This document shows positions 31,326 through 41,500 of a DNA stretch of 64,000 nt, in pieces; within the stretch, counting starts at the first letter, position 1, and the number at the start of each line of letters is the position of its first letter. Source of the DNA: Planctomycetota bacterium (GTDB lineage: Bacteria > Planctomycetota > Phycisphaerae > Phycisphaerales > UBA5793). Under the pieces are notes generated by a model. The model worked only from the letters and a program-made list of their open reading frames with translations, had not been told where the DNA came from and made no database searches. The stretch is from the NCBI GenBank assembly GCA_963205185.1, contig CAUJHZ010000025.1:74874-138873 (forward strand), given 5' to 3'. A program made the translations under genes and the position numbers.

Positions 31326-32027
31326 TTAGCCCCAGACGACTTCGCACGCCAAGTACTCTCTGATTACGATTCGCACCCAACCTCCATCACGGACCGAATA
31401 GCGGTAACGACTCCGTTGCACGTCTACCCACGCGCCGGCGGAATGAGGCAGCTCTATGCCAGCCCCCCGGAGAAACGCACGGCTACCGATTTCGGGCCAG
31501 CCGGGCAGACCTGCCGGTGACTCGAATGCTTTCCGACGCTCAGGACACATCGCGATAAGCGGAACGCAGTCGATGCTCGCCGGCTGCTCAAGCTGCGGCG
31601 ACGACAGCTCAAACAGATGATGTCCGCGCGCGAGTTTGAGAACCACACGCTCCACCCGCTCCATATCTGGGGTCCAGATCAACTGCCCCCCGGCTGATTC
31701 GGTGCAAGTGCTGGCAATCATCGCGGCGAGTGCGGGACTGCGACGTAGCGCGCGAGCGACCTTCGGGCGGACAATGCGTTCCGGGTCCGTCGACCCAGAA
31801 ACGACGCACTCAAGAAAACAAGCGAGGTACTGCTCATCCGCCGAGACTCCCTGGTTGCATTGCTTGCACGCAGGCACGACGGGCAGATCGTCCGGAAGTG
31901 GATCGTCCAGAAGGGCCTTTGACGGGACGTGGTCAGCCCCTTCCGGTGCTGAGCCGCAATACGCGCAGCCCGCATCAGCCAGTCGCTGGTCAAGGCCGTA
32001 CTCTGAATGAAGTTTTCTCGGATCCAT
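31326..32027 (-). CDS. HNH endonuclease-domain protein
   Basis: Start at ATG 32025-32027, with GGAGA upstream. The N-terminal motif CAYCGS...ADHVPSKALL...VPACKQCNQ fits CxxC...H...CxxC-N of the HNH/His-Me finger. The C-terminal ~150 aa are unassigned. Confidence 0.65.
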   Translation of the reverse strand: MDPRKLHSEYGLDQRLADAGCAYCGSAPEGADHVPSKALLDDPLPDDLPVVPACKQCNQGVSADEQYLACFLECVVSGSTDPERIVRPKVARALRRSPALAAMIASTCTESAGGQLIWTPDMERVERVVLKLARGHHLFELSSPQLEQPASIDCVPLIAMCPERRKAFESPAGLPGWPEIGSRAFLRGAGIELPHSAGAWVDVQRSRYRYSVRDGGWVRIVIREYLACEVVWG

Positions 32028-32112
32028 CGATCGCTCTCCAGTGCGCGTTGTAGAGGATTGGCACACTATGGCGAACTCACGGAAACTCGGTCCAACTCTC
32101 AAGTGCAGCATC

Positions 32113-32595
32113 TCACTCCCCCGGCCTATCCACATGCTGATCGATCAGAATCGGATTGCCATCCGGGTCGGTGAGCATGAGGTAGGCGGGGCCGGTGGTG
32201 GACTCGTCGGCTTCGGCGGTCAGTGTCAGGCCGCGCTCCTTGAAGCGGCGCTGGAGTTCGCGCACGTCGTCGAAGTCTTTGAGCGTGTTCTTCTCGCTGT
32301 CCCAGCCGGGGTTGAAAGTGAGCATGTTGCGGTCGAACATGCCCTGGAAGAGGCCGATGCGGGCGTCGCCGTTCGAGAGCACGAGCCAGTTCTGGCTCTG
32401 ATCGCCGGCGACGATCTCAAAGCCGAGTTTCTCGTAGAACGCGCGCGATGCGGCGATGTCCTTGACGGTGAGGCTGACAGAAAAGTTGCCCAGACTCATG
32501 CTTGGTTCTCCCGCGGACTGGTTCGATTGAGCGGATGGTGTGGCAGCGCAGCCGGCAAGCGAGCAGGCAAGCAGGATGGCCACCAAGTGCTTCAT
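32113..32595 (-). CDS. VOC-family (glyoxalase/bleomycin-resistance fold) lipoprotein
   Basis: Start at ATG 32593-32595. Signal and lipobox MKHLVAILLACSLAGC. FSVSLTVKDIAASRAFYEKLGFE is typical of the VOC fold. Confidence 0.75.
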   Translation of the reverse strand: MKHLVAILLACSLAGCAATPSAQSNQSAGEPSMSLGNFSVSLTVKDIAASRAFYEKLGFEIVAGDQSQNWLVLSNGDARIGLFQGMFDRNMLTFNPGWDSEKNTLKDFDDVRELQRRFKERGLTLTAEADESTTGPAYLMLTDPDGNPILIDQHVDRPGE

Positions 32596-32628
32596 GGCAG
32601 GCTCCGGAAGATCGGACAGGACGGCCAA

Positions 32629-32703
<75 letters not shown>

Positions 32704-32794
32704 GAGGTGCCGGCAATCATAGCCCCAGACGCGTGCGACCGTGCGTGCTACGGTGTCTGATCCATTCGCGTTCGAGCACCAGGAGCAGCGCCAC

Positions 32795-35299
32795 ATGCAG
32801 CAGATTCACTTGGGCAGGCACTCGGTCACCGGTTTCGTCCTGACGCTCGCGGGGGCATGGCTCTGTGGCAGACGGGCGATGGCCCAGCCGGCCGGTGACG
32901 TGCCCATCGCGTTGAAAGAAGCGCTGGTCATCGAGCCGGTCGGCGTAGCGCAGCGCAGCCCCATCCACACCGACGCGATCGAGAAGATGATCGTAGAGGG
33001 CACGTGGACGCCGCCGCGCGCGGGCGGCAAGATCCGCAAGCCCGATGGCGGCGAGGCAACGTGGGCCCAGCAGCAGGCGGACGCCGCGGGCTGGATCATC
33101 CACCAGGGCTACATCTCGTGGAAAGTGCACCTCGACGCCGACGCGATCATGATGCTCGACGCCAGCGGGCACAGTCTCATCTATGTCAACGGCATGATGC
33201 GCACGGGCGATCCGTACGAGTACGGTAACCTCTCGCTGCCGGTGTCGCTGCACGCAGGCGAGAACGAACTGCTGTTCTACTGCTCGCGCGGGCGCATGCG
33301 GGCGAGCCTGAGCAAGCCCAAGGCGGAGGTGTTCTTGGACCTGCGCGATGCGACTCTGCCGGATGTGTTGCGCAGCGATGCGAGGCAGTCGCTGATGGGC
33401 GGCGTAGTGCTCGTGAATGCGACGAAACAGTCGTGGACTGGTGACATCGAAGTTGCACAAGGCGGCGTCGTCTCCCACCAGTCGATTGGTACGGTCGCAC
33501 CGCTGAGCATGCGCAAGGTCGCTGTTGCATTTGGCGCACCCGATCTGGCCGCAAGTGCTGACAAGGTCGAGTACACGCTGCGGGCGATTCATCAGCGCGA
33601 CCGGGGCGCATCGTACAGCGAGGTCGAGCCGGCCGTGGTTTCGCTCAACGTGCGCAGCGCAGGCGAGCACCACATCCGCACCTTCATCAGCGACATCGAC
33701 GGCAGTGTGCAGATGTACTCGGTGCTGCCGAGCAGCAGTCCGGGCGATGGCCAGGCGCTGTTTCTCACACTGCACGGCGCCGGTGTGCACGCGCCGAGCC
33801 AGTCGGGTTCGTATGCGGCCAAGGACTGGGGAACCGTCGTGGCGCCGACGAACCGGCGCCAGTTCGGCTTTGACTGGGAAGACTGGGGTCGGCTCGACGC
33901 CATGGAAGTGCTCGACGAGGCGGTGCGGATCTTCCGCCCCGATCTCGATCGAATCTACCTCACCGGCCACTCAATGGGCGGGCACGGCACGTGGCAGGTC
34001 GGCGCACAATTCCCGGATCGATTCGCGGCAATCGGGCCCAGCGCCGGCTGGGTCAGCTTCTGGTCCTACACCGGCGCCAGCGCGTTCGACGCGTCGGACC
34101 CGATCGGTGCGATCATGGCCCGGGCCGCGCTGCTCAGCGATACGCTCGCACTCTCACCCAACTACCGGCAGTTGGGCGTGTACGTGCTGCACGGCGACGC
34201 CGATGACAACGTGCCCGTCGAGCAGGCGCGGCAGATGCGCTCGCACCTGGCGACCTACCACGCCGACTTCGCCTACTACGAGCGGGCCGGCGCCGGGCAC
34301 TGGTGGGGGAGCCCGTGCGTGGACTGGCCGCCGATGTTCGACTTCTTTCGCAATCACGTGCGGCCGTCGCCTCAGCACGTGCGGCACGTGCAGTTCATCT
34401 CCGCCAATCCGTCGATCTCATCGCGCAGCCAGTGGGTGATCATCGAGCAGCAGCAGCGATCGCTGCTGGCCAGCAGCGTGGATCTGAATCTCGTGCTCGG
34501 CTCGCGGCACGTCACCGGCAGCACCGTGAACATACGACGAATCGCGTTTGACGGACCGCTGCTGCGAGAAGCATTCGGCGAGTCGCAGGAGACGACATCG
34601 ATCGTCATCTCGCTCGACGGCAGCGATATCGAATGCGACCTTGGCGCCCGCAACGATGGCCTGATTCACCTGGTGCGCGATGGAAGCGGCTGGACCCGCA
34701 GCAGCGGTCCGCCCACCGATGAGAAGCGCATCGGGCGAAGCGGGCCGTTCAAGGACGCGTTCCGAAACCGCATGGTTTTCGTCTACGGCACGCGCGGCAG
34801 CGGCGAGGAAGCGCTGTGGAACCTCAGCAAAGCGCGCTGCGACGCCGAAACGTTCTTCTACCGCGGCAACGGATCGGTCGATATCATCTCCGACGTCGAG
34901 TACAACCTCGGCGCGTTCAGCGGGCGAAACGTGATTCTCTACGGCAACGCCGACACGAATCTCGCTTGGTCAAAGGTGCTTGCCGATTCGCCCATCCAGG
35001 TGCGGCGCGGTGAACTCACCTGCGGCGATCGCACGCTCAACGGCGACGATTTGGCGTGCGTGTTCGCGTATCCCAACGCACAGGACCCGGATTCGCTCGT
35101 GGCGGCGGTGAGCGGCACGGGCCTGCCCGGCTGCCGGCTCACCGATCGCTTCACCTACTTCGTGTCGGGCGTGCACTATCCGGACTGGTACATCGCCGGG
35201 CCGGAGGTGCTGACCGAAGGCATCGACGGAGTGATCGGCGCCGGCTTCTTCGATCAGCAGTGGCAACTCGATCCGGAGCAATCAGGCTGGCGGCGATGA
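32795..35299 (+). CDS. Large secreted alpha/beta-hydrolase (esterase/peptidase-like) multidomain protein
   Basis: ATG 32795 (MQQIHLGRHSVTGFVLTLAGAWL signal/anchor). The central core has LTLHGAGV, the nucleophile elbow GHSMGGHG and VLHGDADDNVP. The flanking ~300-aa regions are unassigned. Confidence 0.8.
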   Translation: MQQIHLGRHSVTGFVLTLAGAWLCGRRAMAQPAGDVPIALKEALVIEPVGVAQRSPIHTDAIEKMIVEGTWTPPRAGGKIRKPDGGEATWAQQQADAAGWIIHQGYISWKVHLDADAIMMLDASGHSLIYVNGMMRTGDPYEYGNLSLPVSLHAGENELLFYCSRGRMRASLSKPKAEVFLDLRDATLPDVLRSDARQSLMGGVVLVNATKQSWTGDIEVAQGGVVSHQSIGTVAPLSMRKVAVAFGAPDLAASADKVEYTLRAIHQRDRGASYSEVEPAVVSLNVRSAGEHHIRTFISDIDGSVQMYSVLPSSSPGDGQALFLTLHGAGVHAPSQSGSYAAKDWGTVVAPTNRRQFGFDWEDWGRLDAMEVLDEAVRIFRPDLDRIYLTGHSMGGHGTWQVGAQFPDRFAAIGPSAGWVSFWSYTGASAFDASDPIGAIMARAALLSDTLALSPNYRQLGVYVLHGDADDNVPVEQARQMRSHLATYHADFAYYERAGAGHWWGSPCVDWPPMFDFFRNHVRPSPQHVRHVQFISANPSISSRSQWVIIEQQQRSLLASSVDLNLVLGSRHVTGSTVNIRRIAFDGPLLREAFGESQETTSIVISLDGSDIECDLGARNDGLIHLVRDGSGWTRSSGPPTDEKRIGRSGPFKDAFRNRMVFVYGTRGSGEEALWNLSKARCDAETFFYRGNGSVDIISDVEYNLGAFSGRNVILYGNADTNLAWSKVLADSPIQVRRGELTCGDRTLNGDDLACVFAYPNAQDPDSLVAAVSGTGLPGCRLTDRFTYFVSGVHYPDWYIAGPEVLTEGIDGVIGAGFFDQQWQLDPEQSGWRR

Positions 35300-35306
35300 C
35301 GGTGAC

Positions 35307-36977
35307 TCACTCGACGGCGATCTCCACCCAGTCCACCAGGGCGGCGAAGCGGCCGAATTGTGTCCTGGTGTCCGTGCTGTAGCGGAGCGAAGCGACGATC
35401 TCGCCCTTGGGACCGACGTACGGCCGCGCATCAACGCCCAGGACGCGGTTGAGCCGATCTCCCTGCCCGGTCTTGTTCGCCATGATGGCATCGAACGACC
35501 GGGTCTGCCAGTTGAAAAGGCGCAACTGCTCGACGCCGAGATCCTGCGTGATCTGCGCTTCGAGGGTGATGTTGAGCAGCGCCGGCGAGGCAACGTCGGT
35601 GCGGGCGGCAACATGCAGATCGATCAAGCCGGGCGCGCGGACGGTGCCGAACGTGTGAGACGCCTGCAGGTAGCCGTTTTCAGAGTGTTCGATGTCGGGA
35701 ACGCCGCCGAGTTCGATGCGGCCGGCTGCTGCGCGCACGTCGTGCAGGCTCGCCGCCTCGCCGGGAATCGAGCGGTTGACCAGAACAGAGACGATGTCGA
35801 TGCCGGTGAGCGTGTGGCCGACGACGATGTCGTTGAACCCGTCGCCGTCGAAGTCGCCGTGCGCGAGGTCATGGGCCTGGGCGAAGACATCCTGCCAGAC
35901 GGGAAAGCGGAACTGGCCGTCGCCGGTGGCGACGAGCGTCGTCACGCGATGGAAGTAACTGTGCGCGGCCACCACATCATCCACGCCATCGTCATTCACG
36001 TCGAACGCTTCGACCTCTTCCGGCCGGCCGTCGAAGGGATAGAACTGCGGCGAGGCAAACGCGCCCGTCCCATCGCCGCGCAGGACCGTGGCCGCGCTGG
36101 CGCTCGTATCGATCGTCGCGCAGTCGAGGATGTCGTCGCGATTGAAATCACCGAAGGTGAGATCGACCAGCTGGCGCGCGATAGGTGTGTCTACGGGGGC
36201 GAGGAAGCCGCCGTTGCCGTCGTTGAGCAGGATGCGGATGGCGTTGCCCTGGCCGCCGGGCAGCAGGCCGACGCCGATGTCGGGCCGGGAGTCGCCGTTC
36301 ACGTCGGCCGTTTCGATCGACCATGGATAATGCGGCGTTTCGAACGTGGCTGCGACTTCGAACGAGCCGTTTCCGAGACTGCGCAGGTGCGTGAGGCGGT
36401 TGGCATAGCGGTGCGCGATGACGAGGTCCGCGCATGGGTCGGCGTCAAAGTAGTTGGAGACGATGCCCTCGCCGATCGCCCCGATGTTGAGCATCTCGGC
36501 GACGCCAAAGCCGCCTGAGCCGTTGTTGACGTGAACCGCGAGCGTCGCCCCGGCCGCGCTGAGCACGGCGACGTCGGGGCGCTGGTCATCGGTGAAGTCG
36601 CCCACGGCCATTGCACTCGGCATCGAAGTCGTCAGCACGGCCGGTTGGCGGTCGAAGGTCCCGTCGCCGCGCCCGAGCAGAACCGTGAGCGTGGACTGGG
36701 ACTGGTTGAGCACGAGCATGTCGGCGAACTGATCATTGTTCACATCGGCGACCTGCACGTCGGAAGGATGGAGACCGGAGGGCACGCGGGCCGGCTGCGT
36801 GAACCCGGCAAAGCCGCCCGCCCAGAGGGACGAGGCAGCGGCGATCAAGGTCAGTGGGGCCAGAGCGAGGATTCGAGGCGTTCGATGCAGGATGGAGTCG
36901 GGGCGCACGGTTCTCTCCTTGGCCGGCCGGGCAGCCGGACGGGCTTCACTCGTTCCGCGCCGCATGCGGGCGCTCAC
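35307..36977 (-). CDS. FG-GAP/VCBS repeat (integrin-alpha-like beta-propeller) secreted protein
   Basis: Seven repeats of the Ca-binding-like motif: VADVNNDQFAD, GDFTDDQRPD, NYFDADPCAD, ADVNGDSRPD, GDFNRDDILD, FDVNDDGVDD, GDFDGDGFND. The exact start is uncertain. Confidence 0.85.
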   Translation of the reverse strand: MSARMRRGTSEARPAARPAKERTVRPDSILHRTPRILALAPLTLIAAASSLWAGGFAGFTQPARVPSGLHPSDVQVADVNNDQFADMLVLNQSQSTLTVLLGRGDGTFDRQPAVLTTSMPSAMAVGDFTDDQRPDVAVLSAAGATLAVHVNNGSGGFGVAEMLNIGAIGEGIVSNYFDADPCADLVIAHRYANRLTHLRSLGNGSFEVAATFETPHYPWSIETADVNGDSRPDIGVGLLPGGQGNAIRILLNDGNGGFLAPVDTPIARQLVDLTFGDFNRDDILDCATIDTSASAATVLRGDGTGAFASPQFYPFDGRPEEVEAFDVNDDGVDDVVAAHSYFHRVTTLVATGDGQFRFPVWQDVFAQAHDLAHGDFDGDGFNDIVVGHTLTGIDIVSVLVNRSIPGEAASLHDVRAAAGRIELGGVPDIEHSENGYLQASHTFGTVRAPGLIDLHVAARTDVASPALLNITLEAQITQDLGVEQLRLFNWQTRSFDAIMANKTGQGDRLNRVLGVDARPYVGPKGEIVASLRYSTDTRTQFGRFAALVDWVEIAVE

Positions 36978-37031
36978 TGCAGAATGTGGAGCCGCGGAGC
37001 AATCCTTGCAGCCAGCGACGGAAATCGCGGT

Positions 37032-37745
37032 TCACGGCTCAGGCAGGTCGGCCTTGCCGTAGCGGACCAGCTTGACCGAGCCATCCTGCACGAGGCCGAT
37101 GCCTGCGGCGTAGTACTTGTACTCCTTCTCGTTGGGTTCGAGCGGAGTCGTCTCTTCCACCTTCAGGCACCGGGCGAACTGACCCGCCGGAGACTTGATC
37201 GTCGAGGACGTGTTGATGATCTCCGCGCGGTCCATGGCGACTTCGGGAGCGATTTCCTGATAGAACCGGCCGCCGAGCAACACCTGGCCGGGCATCATCA
37301 GACCGTACTTCGCGCCCTCGCGGCCGGAGATCCAGGCGCCTTCGTGGCCGCTGATCTCCCCGTCGCGATAGAGGTCGACTTCCTCGCCGAAGTAGAACAC
37401 GCTGTTGGTGCGCTTCGAGATGGCGAAGAAGTTGCGCGAGACCTCGACGAGCTGCCCGCTCCTGGTCTCGCGCTCCTCGACGATGCGCGTCTCCACCCCG
37501 TCGATAATGCGCGTCTCATCGAGCACGGTGATGACGAGCCGCTCGTTGCCGCCCTCGAAGACGAGTTGATAGCCGGGTTCGAGAATGAAATAGGGGTTGC
37601 GGCCGGTCGCAACGAGTTCGCCGGGCTCGGCGGTAAAGTCCCGGGTCCAGGCGTCATCATCGAAAGACCTCGCGCCGAGTGCGCCCAACAGCGCCGACGC
37701 CATGATCGCGGAGAGCGCGACGCACCACTTTCGCCGTTTGGACAT
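37032..37745 (-). CDS. Hypothetical secreted protein
   Basis: Start at ATG 37743-37745. Signal peptide MSKRRKWCVALSAIMASALLGALGA. No family recognised. Confidence 0.6.
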   Translation of the reverse strand: MSKRRKWCVALSAIMASALLGALGARSFDDDAWTRDFTAEPGELVATGRNPYFILEPGYQLVFEGGNERLVITVLDETRIIDGVETRIVEERETRSGQLVEVSRNFFAISKRTNSVFYFGEEVDLYRDGEISGHEGAWISGREGAKYGLMMPGQVLLGGRFYQEIAPEVAMDRAEIINTSSTIKSPAGQFARCLKVEETTPLEPNEKEYKYYAAGIGLVQDGSVKLVRYGKADLPEP

Positions 37746-37901
37746 GGGAAGCCTCCTTCGGGCCGGTTCCGCGGAATGATACGGCCCGCGGGGAGAGGCG
37801 GAAGAAATCCTGAACCATCCCACCTGATATCTGCAAGGGCCCGGCGGCCGTCGCATCCGGTGAGGGGAACGGAAACCAGGGGGCCATCAGAGGAGAGGCA
37901 C

Positions 37902-38525
37902 ATGAGACGACAGACTTGCAAGGCCTGCACCGCGCTGGGTGTGGGACTGGTTCTGAGCGCGTCCTGTCGCGCGGATGTCATCGCCATCGGGCCCTTCACG
38001 GGGATGGCTGCCGACACCTTCAACCAGTACAACAACACCATGGCCGAGCAGGTGCTGCCGGTTTTCGGCGGCCTGGGCGTCATCCGCAACATGACCCAGG
38101 GCGGCGCGATCAAGGTCGAATGGGGATCGCAGTTCTCGGGCAAGTGGGTCCACCCGCGCTCGGGCATGATGATGGGCCAACTTGGGATCGGCCAGTGGGA
38201 GTTTGACGTCCCGGTCACGCGGTTCGGCGGCTGGTGGGAGAACAACAGCGGCGTCAGCGATGCCACCGTCGCGTTCTACGACGGCCAGAATCTTTTGCTG
38301 GGCGAGCGCAACGCCACGATCCCCTTCCAGCAGTCCGGCTGGACCTGGAACGGCTGGGAGTCAGATGTGCCAATCCACCGCATCGTCGTCACCGGCAATG
38401 GCGTGCTCAACGGCTTCCTGTGGTACGAGGACATGCAGATCGACTACGTGCCGGCGCCAGGCTCACTGCTCGTACTGGCGGGGATCGGCGCAGCTGCAGC
38501 GCGACGCCGTCGGCGCGGACACTGA
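37902..38525 (+). CDS. PEP-CTERM sorting-domain protein
   Basis: ATG 37902 preceded by AGAGGAGAGG. N-terminal signal peptide. The C-terminus VPAPGSLLVLAGIGAAAARRRRRGH fits a PEP-like motif, a TM helix and an Arg cluster. Confidence 0.75.
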   Translation: MRRQTCKACTALGVGLVLSASCRADVIAIGPFTGMAADTFNQYNNTMAEQVLPVFGGLGVIRNMTQGGAIKVEWGSQFSGKWVHPRSGMMMGQLGIGQWEFDVPVTRFGGWWENNSGVSDATVAFYDGQNLLLGERNATIPFQQSGWTWNGWESDVPIHRIVVTGNGVLNGFLWYEDMQIDYVPAPGSLLVLAGIGAAAARRRRRGH

Positions 38526-38553
38526 CGCGAACTGGAGGAGCGCGGCCCGATCG

Positions 38554-41500
38554 TCAGTCAATCCGTTCCAGCAGGTCATCCACTGCGGCGCGCAGCTGTT
38601 CATCTTCGTTGGCCGACTCCGCTTCAGGCGTTTGAGGCACGAGGATGTCGGGCACGGCGCCGTGATTCTCCATATCGGTGCCGTCCATGAGGTACCAGCC
38701 GCGGAACGGCAGCCGGACCAGCGTGCCGTCGATGAGGTTGGTCCCGCCGGTGCTGATCACGCCGCCGTAGGTTTCCTGGCCGACGAGTTTGCCCCGGCCG
38801 ATCGTCTTGAACGCGTGCGAGATGATCTCCGCGTTGGAAAAGCTCTTCTCGTTGCAGAGCATGTTGATGGGCAGGTTGTAGCGCTGAATGAAGAGGCGGT
38901 CCTGCGGATAGTGGCCCGTGTCGCTCGGGTCGGCCCCGCGCGGGATGGTGTAAGCATGCTGCGGATACGCGATGGACGCGAGGAGGCGGTCGGTGGTCCA
39001 TCCCCCACCGTTGTTGCGGACATCGATGATGAGCGCCTTCTTCTCGTGCGCCGCGGCGTAGAGATCGCGCTCGAAGATATCCAGCGACGGCTGGTTCATG
39101 CCCTCGATGTGGATGTAGCCGATCTGCCCGTCGGACCACTCCTCCACCTTCCTGGCGTTTCGCATGCGCCAGTCGTCGTAGCGCAGACCGCGCTCGGCGC
39201 CGCCGCTGATCGGCGTCAGGAGCACATCCAGGGGCGTGGTCGTGCCATCCTCGTTCGTCCGAACGATCGAGAGGATGCTCTCCTGGCCAATGCGGCCGGT
39301 CAGGCGCGATTCAATCGTGTCGGCCGGTTCGAAGGCCTTGAGATCGATGGCCGTGATGAGATCGCCCACCTCCAGTTTCATCTGGCCGGTTGCCGCGGGA
39401 CCCAGGGCGACGATGTCGGTCACGCGGTAGACATCGCCCTCGCGCACGGCGTCGATACCCAGCCGGCCCATGGGCTGTGAGTTGGATGACGATTCGCCGC
39501 GCGCGTAGATGCCCAGGTGCGAGCCGTTGAGTTCGCCGATGAAGCGCGCCGCCACATCGTTGAATTCATCTGCGGTGCGCGTCTGCCGGGCCAGTGCGTG
39601 GTACTTGTCGGTCAGCGCCGGCCAGTCGAGGCCTTTCATGGTCGGGTGATAGAACATTTCTCCGAGAATCCGCGCCGCCTCGAGAAACTTCTGGCTGGCC
39701 TGTGCCTGAAGGTCGATGCGCATGGTATGGTCGATGTCGATGGTCTCCGTCTTACCGCCGGCGACGGGAATGGTCGCCCCGCGCCCGCCGGAGACGATGA
39801 CGATCTTGTCACCGGCCGTGTTGAGATGCTGGACCGATGAAAGCCCGGTGATGCGCTTGAGTTCGCTGCCATCCCACTTCACCGAGTAGAGTCCCGACTC
39901 GTCCGTGCGGCCGGAGAAGACGTAATAATCGCCGGCCGGCGTCATCTCAAGATTGCCTTCCGAGCCAGACATGGTCGTGACACGGCGCACGCGCAGATAG
40001 GCGTCCTCCAGATCGAGCGGGTTCGCTTCTGACGGCTTGACCTCGGGAGCGGGCTGGTCGAAGCGCACGGGCTTGACTGGCTTGCGCTTCTTGGCCTCCT
40101 TGGCGGCGTCGTCGTAGTAGTTCTGGAGTTCCTTGGGCGTGTACGATTCGACGTCCTCGTCGAGATACACCATCCAGACATCCATCTCTTCGTTGAGGCG
40201 CTCGGAGACGAAAGACAGAATGCGACCGTCGGCCGACCAGCGCGGGCTGTAGTCGTTGTCCGGATGGCGCGTGACGTTGGCAGCCGGCGCCGAACTGTCA
40301 GCCGGCACGATCCAGACGTCGGCGTTGAAATCCATGTCCTCCTGCTGGTAGGCGATGTAACGGCTGTCGTAGCTCCACCGCGCCTCGATGCCAGTGTCCC
40401 ACCCGGCGGCGATGAGGCGATCCTCGCCGGTGAACAGGTCTCGCAGCATGAGATCCCCGCGCCCGCGCCTGAAGAGCAGACTGCGGCCATCGGGTGACGG
40501 GATCGGCTGGCGGTCGTTGTGCTCGATCGTCGCCACCACCGGCGTGATCGTAAACCTGACGGCGTCGTGCCAGCGCTTCGGGTCGAACTGCGGAGGGACC
40601 TTCTCCTCTTCCTTGTCATCCTTGGCCTTCTCGCCATTCTCCTTCTCGCCCTCTGCGGGTTGCTCAGCTTCGGGCGGCGCCGGCTCGGCTTGGGGCGCAT
40701 CCGGCGGCTCACTCTCGGGAGCAACCTCGGCCGCAGGTTCATCCGCGTCGGCCGGCTCCTGGGCTGCGGGTTCTTCAACCGACTCGGCCTCAGGCGGCTG
40801 GGTCGCCTTCTTGAATGCCTCGACGACTTCGCCACGCGTCAGATCGACCGTGGCCATGTAAATCGAGTCGGTCCCATCTTCATCGCTCGTGAAATACAGC
40901 CGCACGCCATCGGGCGACCATGCGATGTTTTTCTCGCGCGCGTGCGAATCGGTGATGCGTTGGGTCGGGCTCTTGTCCTCGACATTGCGCAAGTAGACCT
41001 CACCATACGCGACAAACGCCATGACCTGTCCATCCGGGCTCAGCGCCGCCTCGGACACTTCGCGATCGATCGGGTGGATCTCGAAGTTGTCACGCTCATC
41101 CTCGTTCGCGGTGATCGTCAGCGGCGCGGGTCGCGCACTTTGCCGCCCGAGATCGATCGTGTACAGCGTGTCCCAAACCGAGAGTACGGCGGTGTTCCCG
41201 TCCACCGATACGTCGAACTCCTGCACGTCGTTTTCTTCGAAGTTGGTGAGTTTCACCGCCGCCTGCTCGCCGCGCTGAAGATCCATGCGGTAAAGGTTGA
41301 CGACGCCGCCTTGCCGGTCGGACATGTAGATGATGGTCGAGTCATCGACCCACCGTGCGCGGCCGTCGTTACCTTCCCACTGGGTGAGTTGCTGGAACGA
41401 GTCATCGCCGCGGTTGTACAGCCACACGTCGCGGTCATCGGGGCCCATGTAATGCCGCCGGCTCCAGGATGAGCCGCCCCGCGTGAACAGCACTTTCGAT

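Noticed and set aside
32717-33970. 417-aa minus-strand ORF
   Set aside because: It is antisense to the alpha/beta-hydrolase gene and would begin inside or adjacent to tRNA-Pro. It has no motifs.
36531-37901. Upstream two-thirds of the 664-aa plus-strand ORF 36531..38525
   Set aside because: It is antisense to the FG-GAP gene and the secreted orphan, and its composition is Arg/Gly/Ala/His-rich. Only the last 207 aa form a credible gene, from ATG 37902 with a strong Shine-Dalgarno, a signal peptide and a PEP-CTERM tail.
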